Sequence record: MZ501053
DNA length: 49,298 nucleotides
DNA from: Escherichia phage BrunoManser
Reading direction: 5' to 3' (one strand)
In this document: piece by piece, positions 35,707 through 43,712 of the stretch
Position numbering within the stretch: position 1 is the stretch's first letter
Layout: each line of letters opens with the position of its first letter
Notes under the pieces: generated by a model
The model's database searches: none
Seen by the model: only the letters and a program-made list of their open reading frames with translations
Told to the model about the DNA's origin: nothing
Position numbers and translations under genes: made by a program

Positions 35707-37272
35707 TTATAGGAAACATGGATTCACATAAACAACTTCGTCAACTACGCAAACATGGTTCATTCGCTCTAACTCAATCAACAGCGTCTCGATACGTTCG
35801 CCGACCTTCTGTTGTCCGTTGAACGGGGTAATGTTGCGACACTTCGAAATCAGGCTATGGATCTGTACACGACCTTTTGAACGACGCGCCATTCCCGTAA
35901 TCACTTCCGACAGCTTGCGGGATTCGGCTTCGTCACCTGCAAAGCCCGCCGCGTTCGCCGACGACAGATACGTTTTCGACAGTTCGTTGAATATCATGAT
36001 CGCTTCCTGCATTGTGTCTAAATCGATCTCACGATTTGCCCGGTTCGGGTTTTCACCTGTCCAGTTACGGATCGCGTGAAGCACTGAAGCGATACGGATA
36101 ACGTGTTTATCGAACTTGCCTAAATGACCGCGTAACATAGAGTGCGAATAGCGCCCGCCCGCCGCGAAGCTGGATTCCATTTCCTGACGCGCCAAGTTAA
36201 GCGCCCGGTTCGCGTTCCGGTTTAGCGTGAATACGACTTTCTCTTCCTTCATGATATTGTGAATCAAGCGATAATATTTGCTAACTAACGATTGCTCTAC
36301 GGGTTTATATACCGCGTCGCCGTTTTCGTCGCAAAGTGTACGAGTACCTAACAACGGCTCTTCACGAACGAGCAAGAAACGTTCCGATACCCCGATCCCG
36401 CGTTGCCCGGCATCCATGATCCCACGTATCGTTTCATCCTGAGCAATAACGCAGATCGCGCCAACGGGACGAATTGACAGGTTGTTATCCTGATTGGAAC
36501 GCGCTACTTCCATGTGGTTCATATCCCACGCTTTAAGGATTAGTTCGCTGTTCGCCTTCTTATCAGTTCCGCCATACGTCAAGCCAAGAAGCGTATTTAT
36601 CGCCGTTGCTTCGTCCGATATTACTGAGAAGTTACCTTGCGCCGCAGCGACCTTCGCCAAGCCTTCAGGAGTCGGATCGGATACGGCAAACACGACGTTA
36701 GCCATTTTCTTGATCTTCTCTTCTAACTTCTCTTTTTCCTCGTAAAGCGCTACGGCTGAATTGCCTTTTACGTCATTCTTGATCTCGCGTTCGACGTTGC
36801 GAAGTTGCCCCATCAGTCGAGAACGTTCGGCTTTACGCGCTTCGTTAATGCGGTCAATTTCGGATCGCATCGGGTTAATCGCGGCGGAGTTAATCGCGGA
36901 TTTACCTGTTGACGGCGGTTGACTGATTACCATGTAAAGCGCGGTCGGTTGTTCTTCGCCGTGATACTCAACCCAAAAGCGCCCCAGCATAGCGGCGGAC
37001 ATACAGCCGATAAAATGCGCGTATGCAGATGAAACAGGGAATTGGACGGATTCAGCCTTTGCTTTCGCGTATTCGTAAACGAGGTTGTCGCCAGCAATAG
37101 AGATAAGCGGGAATTGATCGTTTCCGCTGTTAATCTGTTCCGGCTGGCTCCAGAACGATCGAGAATCAGGATAGCCATTTTCACGAATAGCTAACGCGAC
37201 AGGGTTAATCCCGTTCGTATTGGCGATTTCAATGATTTGACTAACTGAAAGTTTAGGTTTACCGAAAAGCAT
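35707..37272 (-). CDS. putative P-loop NTPase (DUF3987-like, replication/host-takeover associated)
   Basis: 521 aa; deviant Walker A (ISQPPSTGKSAI) and acidic hhhhDE-like segment (ICVIAQDE); largest gene of leftward operon; family recalled from memory only. Confidence 0.45.
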   Translation of the reverse strand: MLFGKPKLSVSQIIEIANTNGINPVALAIRENGYPDSRSFWSQPEQINSGNDQFPLISIAGDNLVYEYAKAKAESVQFPVSSAYAHFIGCMSAAMLGRFWVEYHGEEQPTALYMVISQPPSTGKSAINSAAINPMRSEIDRINEARKAERSRLMGQLRNVEREIKNDVKGNSAVALYEEKEKLEEKIKKMANVVFAVSDPTPEGLAKVAAAQGNFSVISDEATAINTLLGLTYGGTDKKANSELILKAWDMNHMEVARSNQDNNLSIRPVGAICVIAQDETIRGIMDAGQRGIGVSERFLLVREEPLLGTRTLCDENGDAVYKPVEQSLVSKYYRLIHNIMKEEKVVFTLNRNANRALNLARQEMESSFAAGGRYSHSMLRGHLGKFDKHVIRIASVLHAIRNWTGENPNRANREIDLDTMQEAIMIFNELSKTYLSSANAAGFAGDEAESRKLSEVITGMARRSKGRVQIHSLISKCRNITPFNGQQKVGERIETLLIELERMNHVCVVDEVVYVNPCFL

Positions 37273-37328
37273 TCTTAGATCTCCTTATTGAGCGTGGTAG
37301 ATTATACCCCGCCCATACTACACGCTTT

Positions 37329-37343
37329 TAGCAATAAGTGCTA
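37329..37343. promoter_or_regulatory. palindrome module (leftward orientation)
   Basis: Minus-strand TAGCACTTATTGCTAAAAG + ...GGGGTATAATC... + RBS AAGGAG before 521-aa gene. Confidence 0.55.
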
Positions 37344-37347
37344 TTTG

Positions 37348-37764
37348 TTACAGGTACTTCGCTTCGAAAGTGGTTCCGTCCGCAATGCTGAAGCCGACTT
37401 CTTCCCTAAAGAGCGTCCATCGACAGCCGTCCTTATCGAAGATGTAACCCGCAACGCCACCTAACGCGCGTCCGCTTTCCACTTGATAACGCTTGCCGAC
37501 AGTGAACGATTTCTTAATCGGGTTTTTGTGGTCAAGCCCGGTACACTTCAGCGTTTTAGTTTTCAGCTCGATGAAAGTCGCGTTCAACGGTTCGTCTAAC
37601 GAATTTTCGCCGTGTACCGTCATTTTATCCAACTTATGCCAGCCTTTCGGCGCGAACTTAACGAACATGCTTCCTTCGTTGTCGATGCGTCCTTTATAAA
37701 GATTGTTAGCAGTGAAGAAGAGTTTCATTGTTGATGAAGTGCATTTCAGGTTAATAGATTTCAT
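37348..37764 (-). CDS. hypothetical protein
   Basis: 138-aa ORF in leftward operon; palindrome module 4 nt after its stop. Confidence 0.45.
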   Translation of the reverse strand: MKSINLKCTSSTMKLFFTANNLYKGRIDNEGSMFVKFAPKGWHKLDKMTVHGENSLDEPLNATFIELKTKTLKCTGLDHKNPIKKSFTVGKRYQVESGRALGGVAGYIFDKDGCRWTLFREEVGFSIADGTTFEAKYL

Positions 37765-37846
37765 CGCATCATTCCTTCTGATTGGTTATCTTGAATAAGG
37801 CCACTTTATCAAATGACCTTACGGCAATATTAACAAATCGTGCCAT

Positions 37847-38059
37847 TTACCACGGAATATAATCTTCGCCTGGAATTGAATTATCTTCCGACGTCATCAC
37901 GAAATCCGGATCTAATTCGCTTTCGTCATCCATGTTCATATTGCCTAACGCTTCGTCTAGCGACACTTCTTTATATGCCACCTTCAAGCAAAATTCGTGA
38001 TTCAATCCAGAGTCAAGCGCGGTAAAATAACGAGTCCAAAAGTTATCTTGTTTCATCAA
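37847..38059 (-). CDS. hypothetical protein
   Basis: 70-aa acidic ORF in leftward operon. Confidence 0.4.
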   Translation of the reverse strand: MMKQDNFWTRYFTALDSGLNHEFCLKVAYKEVSLDEALGNMNMDDESELDPDFVMTSEDNSIPGEDYIPW

Positions 38060-38284
38060 TTAACTCCACGAATTAATATAAATTGAGTTAGTTTCAAGCA
38101 TGGCGCGAACGTCCGCCATTGTTGCGTTTACTAAGCGAGCGCCCGGAATCGTGCCGACTACGTTATTGCCGCTACGGCTTTTGTTAATGGTGATTTGATG
38201 ATATCCAGCCGCGCGATCCAGTTTTACAATTACCTTCCCTTTTGCCGCGTAGTGCTTAAGAATATTTTCAATCTTGATACTCAT
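38060..38284 (-). CDS. hypothetical protein
   Basis: 74-aa ORF; palindrome/hairpin module and RBS AAGGAG upstream. Confidence 0.4.
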   Translation of the reverse strand: MSIKIENILKHYAAKGKVIVKLDRAAGYHQITINKSRSGNNVVGTIPGARLVNATMADVRAMLETNSIYINSWS

Positions 38285-38341
38285 TGTTATTTCTCCTTTG
38301 TTTCGATGGGGTAACTATATCAAGATACCACGTTGTTGTTT

Positions 38342-38356
38342 TAGCAATTTGTGCTA
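38342..38356. promoter_or_regulatory. palindrome module (leftward orientation)
   Basis: Minus-strand TAGCACAAATTGCTAAAAC + ...GATATAGTTACCCC + CATCGAAACAAAGGAG. Confidence 0.55.
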
Positions 38357-38509
38357 TTTGACACGATGCCCGGTAAATGGATAATGCGCTACGTCTGCGA
38401 CACTATATCGATCTGAAACAATCCAGCTACCATCTTCCATAAGGCGGCGAACATGTTGCCCCACGATCGAATACCATGCTTTCGTTTCGTGATTATAATA
38501 TCGAATCAT
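38354..38509 (-). CDS. hypothetical small protein (51 aa)
   Basis: Manual ORF; ATGA overlap with upstream stop; its TAG stop is the first half-site of palindrome 38342-38356. Confidence 0.3.
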   Translation of the reverse strand: MIRYYNHETKAWYSIVGQHVRRLMEDGSWIVSDRYSVADVAHYPFTGHRVK

Positions 38510-38736
38510 TCTTCCACCACGTCAAAAGATGCCACACCCAAAACAACATACCCGGACGGATACGCGCTAATCGCTTGCCAGTTACCGCCGCCGCGCTTTA
38601 CCCTGTCGCCAATGACGAATAGTTCGTCACGGACGCCTGAAATTGATAGCGCATCATATACGCCGCCTTTTACGAATGGCTGTTTCTGTTTGCCGTCGCC
38701 AATCTGTATCGCTTTACTGCATTTCAGTTTAATCAT
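38506..38736 (-). CDS. hypothetical protein
   Basis: 76-aa ORF coupled to neighbours. Confidence 0.4.
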   Translation of the reverse strand: MIKLKCSKAIQIGDGKQKQPFVKGGVYDALSISGVRDELFVIGDRVKRGGGNWQAISAYPSGYVVLGVASFDVVEE

Positions 38737-39059
38737 TGCTTATTATCCCACGTTGCGTACTGAACGGATAAAACCACTTTCCCGGTTTTCTTCATATCTT
38801 CGTAACTGTTATGCTGCAACGGGCTGAAGCGGATTACTTCTTCGCCTGTCGGTTCGTCGATAAGGATTCGTGCGCTTTCGGTGTAGACGTATTTCACACG
38901 ATCTTCGAAATCAGCACCAACTTTTCGTAATGACGCCGCCCTAGCTCGCTCCAATACGTGCGGCTGTAAATCTTCGCCAGCTTTCAATACAGCGTCGGAA
39001 ATGCTTCCGCCCCAACCAATCAGGCGCTTGACGTTGATTTCGTACAATTTGCCGATCAT
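38733..39059 (-). CDS. hypothetical protein
   Basis: 108-aa ORF coupled to neighbours. Confidence 0.4.
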   Translation of the reverse strand: MIGKLYEINVKRLIGWGGSISDAVLKAGEDLQPHVLERARAASLRKVGADFEDRVKYVYTESARILIDEPTGEEVIRFSPLQHNSYEDMKKTGKVVLSVQYATWDNKQ

Positions 39060-39280
39060 AATTTAATCTCCTGATATTCGATGAAGTCTTGAACGTACAT
39101 ACATTCGCGCGGGCTTTCCTGTCCTTTGAGGACTTCGCACCCATTGTTAAACAGCAAGTAACAGCCGCAAAGTGAACCGGGGAAATGCTGTTCGACAATA
39201 GCGATCCCGTTACAACGTCCGCCGCCGAATCTATGCGGGAAGTCATACGCGCGACAACGGCAAGTTACTTGCTTTCTCAT
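39056..39280 (-). CDS. hypothetical Cys-rich protein
   Basis: 74 aa with 8 Cys (CRCRAYD...CNG...CGCYLL...C...C), candidate metal-binding. Confidence 0.4.
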   Translation of the reverse strand: MRKQVTCRCRAYDFPHRFGGGRCNGIAIVEQHFPGSLCGCYLLFNNGCEVLKGQESPRECMYVQDFIEYQEIKL

Positions 39281-39469
39281 TTAGTCGGATTCCATAACGA
39301 TTACGGGTTCCATAATTTCAAGCTGGATCTTGAAATCTTCCATAAACATTTTGCGTTTCAACAGGTCTTCGTAAGTGTCGGTCGCGAGGCTGGCGCTATC
39401 ACCTGCATAGCAAACCGACTCCTGTTTCGTGGCGCGACTCTTTGCAACGACGCGGTATTGTTTCTTCAT
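39281..39469 (-). CDS. hypothetical protein
   Basis: 62-aa ORF. Confidence 0.35.
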   Translation of the reverse strand: MKKQYRVVAKSRATKQESVCYAGDSASLATDTYEDLLKRKMFMEDFKIQLEIMEPVIVMESD

Positions 39470-39738
39470 TCGATAATCTCCGTAGTAACGCGGACTTTGC
39501 GTTCTTTCACCACAAGGCGAACAATCGTTAAATTTCTGTCGTCATAGCGATAGTGATCGCCTACCTTTTCCATTAACGACAGGAAGTTCGGATCTGTCAA
39601 GAACTCTACGACGTCTTCGTCGCGCGGTACGTAAACGGGTTGTTTGTCGCCCAAGCATTGCACCGCGATAGTGTCCGGGAGAAGAGTCATAACGGCGATG
39701 TATTCCACTGATTCGGTAACGGTCTTGTTCTGTTCCAT
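39466..39738 (-). CDS. hypothetical protein
   Basis: 90-aa ORF; module and RBS upstream. Confidence 0.4.
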   Translation of the reverse strand: MEQNKTVTESVEYIAVMTLLPDTIAVQCLGDKQPVYVPRDEDVVEFLTDPNFLSLMEKVGDHYRYDDRNLTIVRLVVKERKVRVTTEIIE

Positions 39739-39800
39739 TTTTGTGATCCTCTTGTCTCGTTTCGATGGGGTAATGATGCCACACCACCCCGATTGTGTTT

Positions 39801-39815
39801 TAACAAAAAGTGCTA
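39801..39815. promoter_or_regulatory. palindrome module (leftward orientation)
   Basis: Minus-strand TAGCACTTTTTGTTAAAAC + GGGGTGGTGTGGCATCATTACCCC + CATCGAAACGAGACAAGAGGA. Confidence 0.5.
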
Positions 39816-39816
39816 T

Positions 39817-40005
39817 TTAGTACCCGCAAAACGTTTTACGCCATTGTTTCAGCTTTTCCCAAATCAGGAAATCGCGATTGCTAAACGGATCGCCCCAAAA
39901 GCGAAACAGGTTGTCAGTATAGAAATCGACCTTGCGTTCTACGGTATCGGAAAGTGTCTTGCACTGCCCTTTATTGGTGAATCGCTTTAAGATCTTCACT
40001 GTCAT
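39817..40005 (-). CDS. hypothetical protein
   Basis: 62-aa basic ORF; ATGA-coupled to upstream small ORF. Confidence 0.4.
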   Translation of the reverse strand: MTVKILKRFTNKGQCKTLSDTVERKVDFYTDNLFRFWGDPFSNRDFLIWEKLKQWRKTFCGY

Positions 40006-40145
40006 TTCTCCATCTGTTCTAAAAGTTTTTCTATCACCTCGATTCGGTTGTAGTGGTGATTAAACTCCCGGACGTCTACTTCGTACCCCATCGCTTCGAT
40101 CGCGTTAAGGTGAATGCCGATTGCGCTCCTCAGTCTGCGAATCAT
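40002..40145 (-). CDS. hypothetical small protein (47 aa)
   Basis: Manual ORF bridging 40142-40462 and 39817-40005 with ATGA overlaps at both ends. Confidence 0.3.
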   Translation of the reverse strand: MIRRLRSAIGIHLNAIEAMGYEVDVREFNHHYNRIEVIEKLLEQMEK

Positions 40146-40432
40146 AAGTCCTTCCACAAGTGACGGTTAGCGCCGATGTAATCCAGCATTTCGCGAACGT
40201 GCTTTTCATCCTTCAGTGTGCCGGGTAACTCTCCTTTCAGCTCTTGCGGCAACCACACGTTACCGTTATAGGTGAAAGAACCGTTCTCATTTGCCTGATA
40301 GGTGAACATCCATTCGCAATCGTTATTCAGATCCCACACTGCCAGAAAGTCACCTTCGCCAACGTTCTCGATCGTAACGTCTAATCCGCGCTTGCGTGCA
40401 AAGTTGATTGTCGTTTTGCTGATAGTTGTCAT
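40142..40432 (-). CDS. hypothetical protein (first gene of leftward operon)
   Basis: Start set to internal ATG (MTTISKTT...) after RBS AAGGAG and palindrome/hairpin module. Confidence 0.45.
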   Translation of the reverse strand: MTTISKTTINFARKRGLDVTIENVGEGDFLAVWDLNNDCEWMFTYQANENGSFTYNGNVWLPQELKGELPGTLKDEKHVREMLDYIGANRHLWKDL

Positions 40433-40489
40433 TGCTGTATCTCCTTCGTTTCGATGAAGCAACTATACCCGAACCACCCCGCCGATGTG

Positions 40490-40504
40490 TTGCAAAAAGT
40501 GCTA
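40490..40504. promoter_or_regulatory. palindrome module (leftward orientation), first gene of leftward operon
   Basis: Minus-strand TAGCACTTTTTGCAA + CGGGTATAGTTGCTTCATCGAAACGAAGGAG before ATG at 40432. Confidence 0.5.
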
Positions 40505-40585
40505 TTCCTGATCCGATACGATTATTCCTCGCTTTTGGAATAACTGGAATAATGAGTGATTACTCATGATTGCAAATGACAAGTT

Positions 40586-40629
40586 ATGATTATTGCTTGA
40601 TTGTTCGCAATCGTGATGATTATTGCTTG
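40586..40629 (+). repeat. direct repeat ATGATTATTGCTTG x2
   Basis: Two exact 14-bp copies (40586-40599 and 40616-40629), 30 bp apart, in the leader of the leftward operon. Confidence 0.5.
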
Positions 40630-40685
40630 TGAAGCATTAAATTGGAGAGAGGTTATAGAGTGAAACGGTCTTCGCCACCAACTTT

Positions 40686-40700
40686 TAGCAATTCGTGCTA
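40686..40700. promoter_or_regulatory. palindrome TAGCA-ATTCG-TGCTA in divergent control region
   Basis: Perfect copy ACTTTTAGCAATTCGTGCTA with no adjacent long ORF. Confidence 0.45.
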
Positions 40701-40767
40701 CGTGTCTAAATTACGCTTGTAATCTTTGTCTAAAATTTGCTAGATTTGTCACTTAGACAAAATGATG

Positions 40768-40860
40768 AAAATTTGAGCAATCCTAAGAGCTGGCCGATTT
40801 AGCGCTAACTATATGATATATATAATAATAATAAGTTTTAAATTAGCTTTTATATAGTAG
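40768..40860 (+). repeat. AT-rich direct repeat, copy B
   Basis: AAAATTTGAGCAA...GCGCTAACT...ATATATATAATAATAATAAG...TTTTAAATTAGCTTTTATAT; same orientation as copy A, 19.3 kb away. Confidence 0.55.
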
Positions 40861-41053
40861 AAATACTGTTGTATATAGGGCGTGTCACTAATGTATAAGG
40901 TGTAAGGGTGAGATTCGGTATATTGAGGATTTCTGGTTATATATACAGTACATTAGGAGGCAGACCCATAAATATCTCTATAGGTGCTTACATCTAATAC
41001 ATCTTATACAGGGGCGATTACGTAGTTGTGACGCGCGTCCTTGCTGGATTGTG

Positions 41054-41082
41054 TTGTCTAAGGTAAAAATTTAAGATATTAT
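41054..41082 (+). promoter_or_regulatory. candidate sigma70 early promoter (TTGTCT-N17-TATTAT)
   Basis: In the divergent control region ~65 bp upstream of ATG at 41146. Confidence 0.4.
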
Positions 41083-41145
41083 TACGCGCTTATACAACGT
41101 GTAATCTTTGTCTAAGCTTGTCTAAAACAATCAGGAGAATCAACC

Positions 41146-41736
41146 ATGACTAAACTAGCATCATCAAATGAACCGAACATCGCCGCAATGCTTCGCCACA
41201 TCGTCACGCTGAAGATTCAGGCTGGCGAACGGGAATTCAGCTTCACCGAATTGCAAATGCTGATTGAAGCCGCCCGGTTGCAGTATGAGGAACACGGCGT
41301 CACCCGCACTGAAGATGAATTAGACGACGACGCGCGAGTCTTCCGGGATCAGTACAACGGCCTGTTGCGCCTGAAGATGAAATCGCCGTACATCGCGCCG
41401 ACTATCAAGCGCCACGTTGCGAAAGCTGGCTTTGATTGTGCGATCTCACTTAGCCGGGATGAAGACGACGAAATCTTAGTGTCTGTCACGCTGTCGGACG
41501 AACCGATCGAGAAGCCAGCCCGCACACGTAAGGCGAAAGCGGCTCCGGTTGTCCAGGGTGATTCTGTTCAATCTGGTGAGCATATCGACACGGTTCGATT
41601 TAATGCGCTGGCGTTATGGGTTCCAGACTTCACGAAGTACGACGACGAAGAGTTATCGACGGCAAGGCAATTGCTTGAAGAGTTTCGGAATCACGTCGAA
41701 GCCCTGAGAGGTAAAAGCGAAGAAATCGCAGAATAG
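41146..41736 (+). CDS. hypothetical acidic protein (first gene of rightward early operon)
   Basis: 196 aa; RBS CAGGAG; sigma70-like promoter ~70 bp upstream. Confidence 0.5.
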   Translation: MTKLASSNEPNIAAMLRHIVTLKIQAGEREFSFTELQMLIEAARLQYEEHGVTRTEDELDDDARVFRDQYNGLLRLKMKSPYIAPTIKRHVAKAGFDCAISLSRDEDDEILVSVTLSDEPIEKPARTRKAKAAPVVQGDSVQSGEHIDTVRFNALALWVPDFTKYDDEELSTARQLLEEFRNHVEALRGKSEEIAE

Positions 41737-41748
41737 CACGAATTGCTA
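41734..41748. promoter_or_regulatory. palindrome TAGCA-CGAAT-TGCTA + hairpin module
   Basis: Starts at TAG stop of ORF 41146-41736; GCCCGGCGCGGAGTCGGGCATAATG then CATCGACAACGAAAACAG. Confidence 0.55.
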
Positions 41749-41810
41749 AAACGCCCGGCGCGGAGTCGGGCATAATGCACACATCGACAACGAAAACAGA
41801 ACCTATCAGG

Positions 41811-42107
41811 ATGAACAACTTTACCCGCACTGAATTTCAACACGCCTTCGCCGTCAACGTTCAAGCGATGCAGGGCTATCAAAAGCGCTTTGTCGCATTC
41901 GTTACCGCGCTTGGATTCAAACAAGCCTACGAAGGCACTGTAGCGGCACGTAACGCGCGTTTCATGGCATGGATTGGCGAACGTAAGGCCGACTTCGTGA
42001 AAGCGCATGATGAGCATGTACAGCGTGATTATTGCACTGGATATTACCGCATCCTAAGCGATGAAGCGTACACCGATTTTATTGTGTCGGGCGAATGGAT
42101 TAAATAG
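41811..42107 (+). CDS. hypothetical protein
   Basis: Start set to ATG after the conserved leader CATCGACAACGAAAACAG; tool ORF starts at 41775. Confidence 0.4.
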   Translation: MNNFTRTEFQHAFAVNVQAMQGYQKRFVAFVTALGFKQAYEGTVAARNARFMAWIGERKADFVKAHDEHVQRDYCTGYYRILSDEAYTDFIVSGEWIK

Positions 42108-42119
42108 CACTTTTTGCTA
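42105..42119. promoter_or_regulatory. palindrome TAGCA-CTTTT-TGCTA + hairpin module
   Basis: Starts at TAG stop; CCCGGTCAAACGGATCGGGTACTATAAC then CATCAACAACGAACGGAG. Confidence 0.55.
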
Positions 42120-42178
42120 AAACCCGGTCAAACGGATCGGGTACTATAACCACATCAACAACGAACGGAGATACACCA

Positions 42179-42661
42179 ATGAAAATCGAAATCTTTTGCA
42201 GTGGCGGATACAAGGGCTTCACGACTAACCATTTCCCGATTGTGGTCGATGCGGTGGAAACTGAGCGCAACGGCGGCTATCACGTCAAAGTGTCGGATCT
42301 GGAAGCGTTAGGCGTATACGACAGCGCAATCGGACAACAGCCTACTGAAGAAAATGGCGGCGGCATTGACTATAACCCGGAAACAGGCGTCTTGTTCTTC
42401 ATGCATCACGAAGTAGAGATCGCGAAGTTCGGCAAAGTTAAGGTGCGCATTCTTGAAAGTGGCGACTACTTTTTCAAGCCGGAGCACAATCGCACATTCC
42501 CGGTTATCGTCAACGGTTATCGCCACGAATACCAGTTGCACACCGTTTCGATCATGGAGGCCGACGCGCGGGCAATTGGGATGTATGTAAACGGGTTCAA
42601 GCCTTCATTCTGTCTTGGGGGTCACAAGTATTACGGCGCTGAAGCAGAAATAATCCGATAG
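42179..42661 (+). CDS. hypothetical protein
   Basis: 160 aa; module, leader and RBS upstream. Confidence 0.5.
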   Translation: MKIEIFCSGGYKGFTTNHFPIVVDAVETERNGGYHVKVSDLEALGVYDSAIGQQPTEENGGGIDYNPETGVLFFMHHEVEIAKFGKVKVRILESGDYFFKPEHNRTFPVIVNGYRHEYQLHTVSIMEADARAIGMYVNGFKPSFCLGGHKYYGAEAEIIR

Positions 42662-42673
42662 CACTTTTTGTTA
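42659..42673. promoter_or_regulatory. palindrome TAGCA-CTTTT-TGTTA + hairpin module
   Basis: Starts at TAG stop; GGGCTTGCGATATAGTAAGCCC then CATCAACAACGAAACAGGAG. Confidence 0.55.
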
Positions 42674-42734
42674 AAACACGCATTCGGGCTTGCGATATAG
42701 TAAGCCCATCAACAACGAAACAGGAGTTACAATC

Positions 42735-43250
42735 ATGTTAAAAGAACAAGATATTACTTACCCGATCACTTTTATCTGTAACGGCGTAGGCCGCTTCACA
42801 TTCACCAGCCGCTATCGTGGTGTGAAGGAAGGCGTGGGCGATTATAACGGTAGCGTTATGCATTTCGTCGAGCAGCACAACCTACGCAATCCGAGCAATA
42901 ACCCGACGAAGGATTATTTTTACTACAACAAAGGTTCGATTCGTTCGGGGCATCGTTCGCTGACTGGTTCAATGTACGCTGCCGGAATGATTATCCACAA
43001 CGCAGCCGCTAGCTCCAGCGCTGCCGCAACATCTGGCGGGATCTGCAAAGTCGAACAAATGCCGCTAGGCGCGAAGTTGACAGGAGTCCGCATGGAGTCG
43101 GGCGAATGGGTGGATATTCTCGTTAAGCCTGTCCGAATCGAAGTTGACGGCGAAACGGTTACTTTCCTGTTGCACCATAGCTTCAAAAGCAAAGGATTCG
43201 CCGGGGAAGTTAGCATGAAACGCGGCACTACGATCAAATGGTCTGAATAG
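42735..43250 (+). CDS. hypothetical protein
   Basis: Start set to ATG after leader CATCAACAACGAAACAGGAG. Confidence 0.5.
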   Translation: MLKEQDITYPITFICNGVGRFTFTSRYRGVKEGVGDYNGSVMHFVEQHNLRNPSNNPTKDYFYYNKGSIRSGHRSLTGSMYAAGMIIHNAAASSSAAATSGGICKVEQMPLGAKLTGVRMESGEWVDILVKPVRIEVDGETVTFLLHHSFKSKGFAGEVSMKRGTTIKWSE

Positions 43251-43262
43251 CACGAATTGCTA
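43248..43262. promoter_or_regulatory. palindrome TAGCA-CGAAT-TGCTA + hairpin module
   Basis: Starts at TAG stop; AAGCCCATTTGTTATAGTGGGCTT then RBS CAGGAG. Confidence 0.55.
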
Positions 43263-43330
43263 AACCTTCCGCAAGCCCATTTGTTATAGTGGGCTTATTG
43301 AAGCAAGGCAACCAATCAGGAGATAACGAA

Positions 43331-43408
43331 ATGACGCCAATCGAAAAGGTATGCTGTCCGAATCACGGCGGTAGTGGAGCAAAGTCAACCTGTCCATTTT
43401 GCAAATAA
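43331..43408 (+). CDS. Cys-rich micro-protein (25 aa)
   Basis: Manual ORF MTPIEKVCCPNHGGSGAKSTCPFCK with strong RBS (CAGGAG, 8 nt spacing) immediately after a module. Confidence 0.3.
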   Translation: MTPIEKVCCPNHGGSGAKSTCPFCK

Positions 43409-43418
43409 GGATCGAGAA

Positions 43419-43712
43419 ATGAAAATCACCTTAACCGAACAATACTTCAGCGATAGCAATCCGAATCGCTACATTATCACCGAAGGCATGACGACCGAAA
43501 CCGAACTAAAAGTTAATCAGACTATCGGTTCGCTCGTTCTGGTAAGCGCGAAGGAGTTAGACCGGTTCGCGAAGCCCGAACATCGCCACTTAGCCGACCC
43601 GCTTTTCGAAGGTGGCGAAATGCCGGACTATCCGTTCTTAGAGGGTGAGTATCGGAAGGCTAATCCGTTCTCGTTCTGGAATAAACTTAAATCCGGGAAG
43701 CTATTCAAATGA
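43419..43712 (+). CDS. hypothetical protein
   Basis: Start set to ATG (MKITLTEQ...); tool ORF begins at upstream GTG inside the micro-ORF. Confidence 0.45.
   Translation: MKITLTEQYFSDSNPNRYIITEGMTTETELKVNQTIGSLVLVSAKELDRFAKPEHRHLADPLFEGGEMPDYPFLEGEYRKANPFSFWNKLKSGKLFK

Noticed and set aside
43374-43418. Upstream extension of ORF 43374-43712 (GTG start)
   Set aside because: Would overlap the micro-ORF and lacks an RBS; ATG at 43419 has better spacing to a purine-rich RBS.
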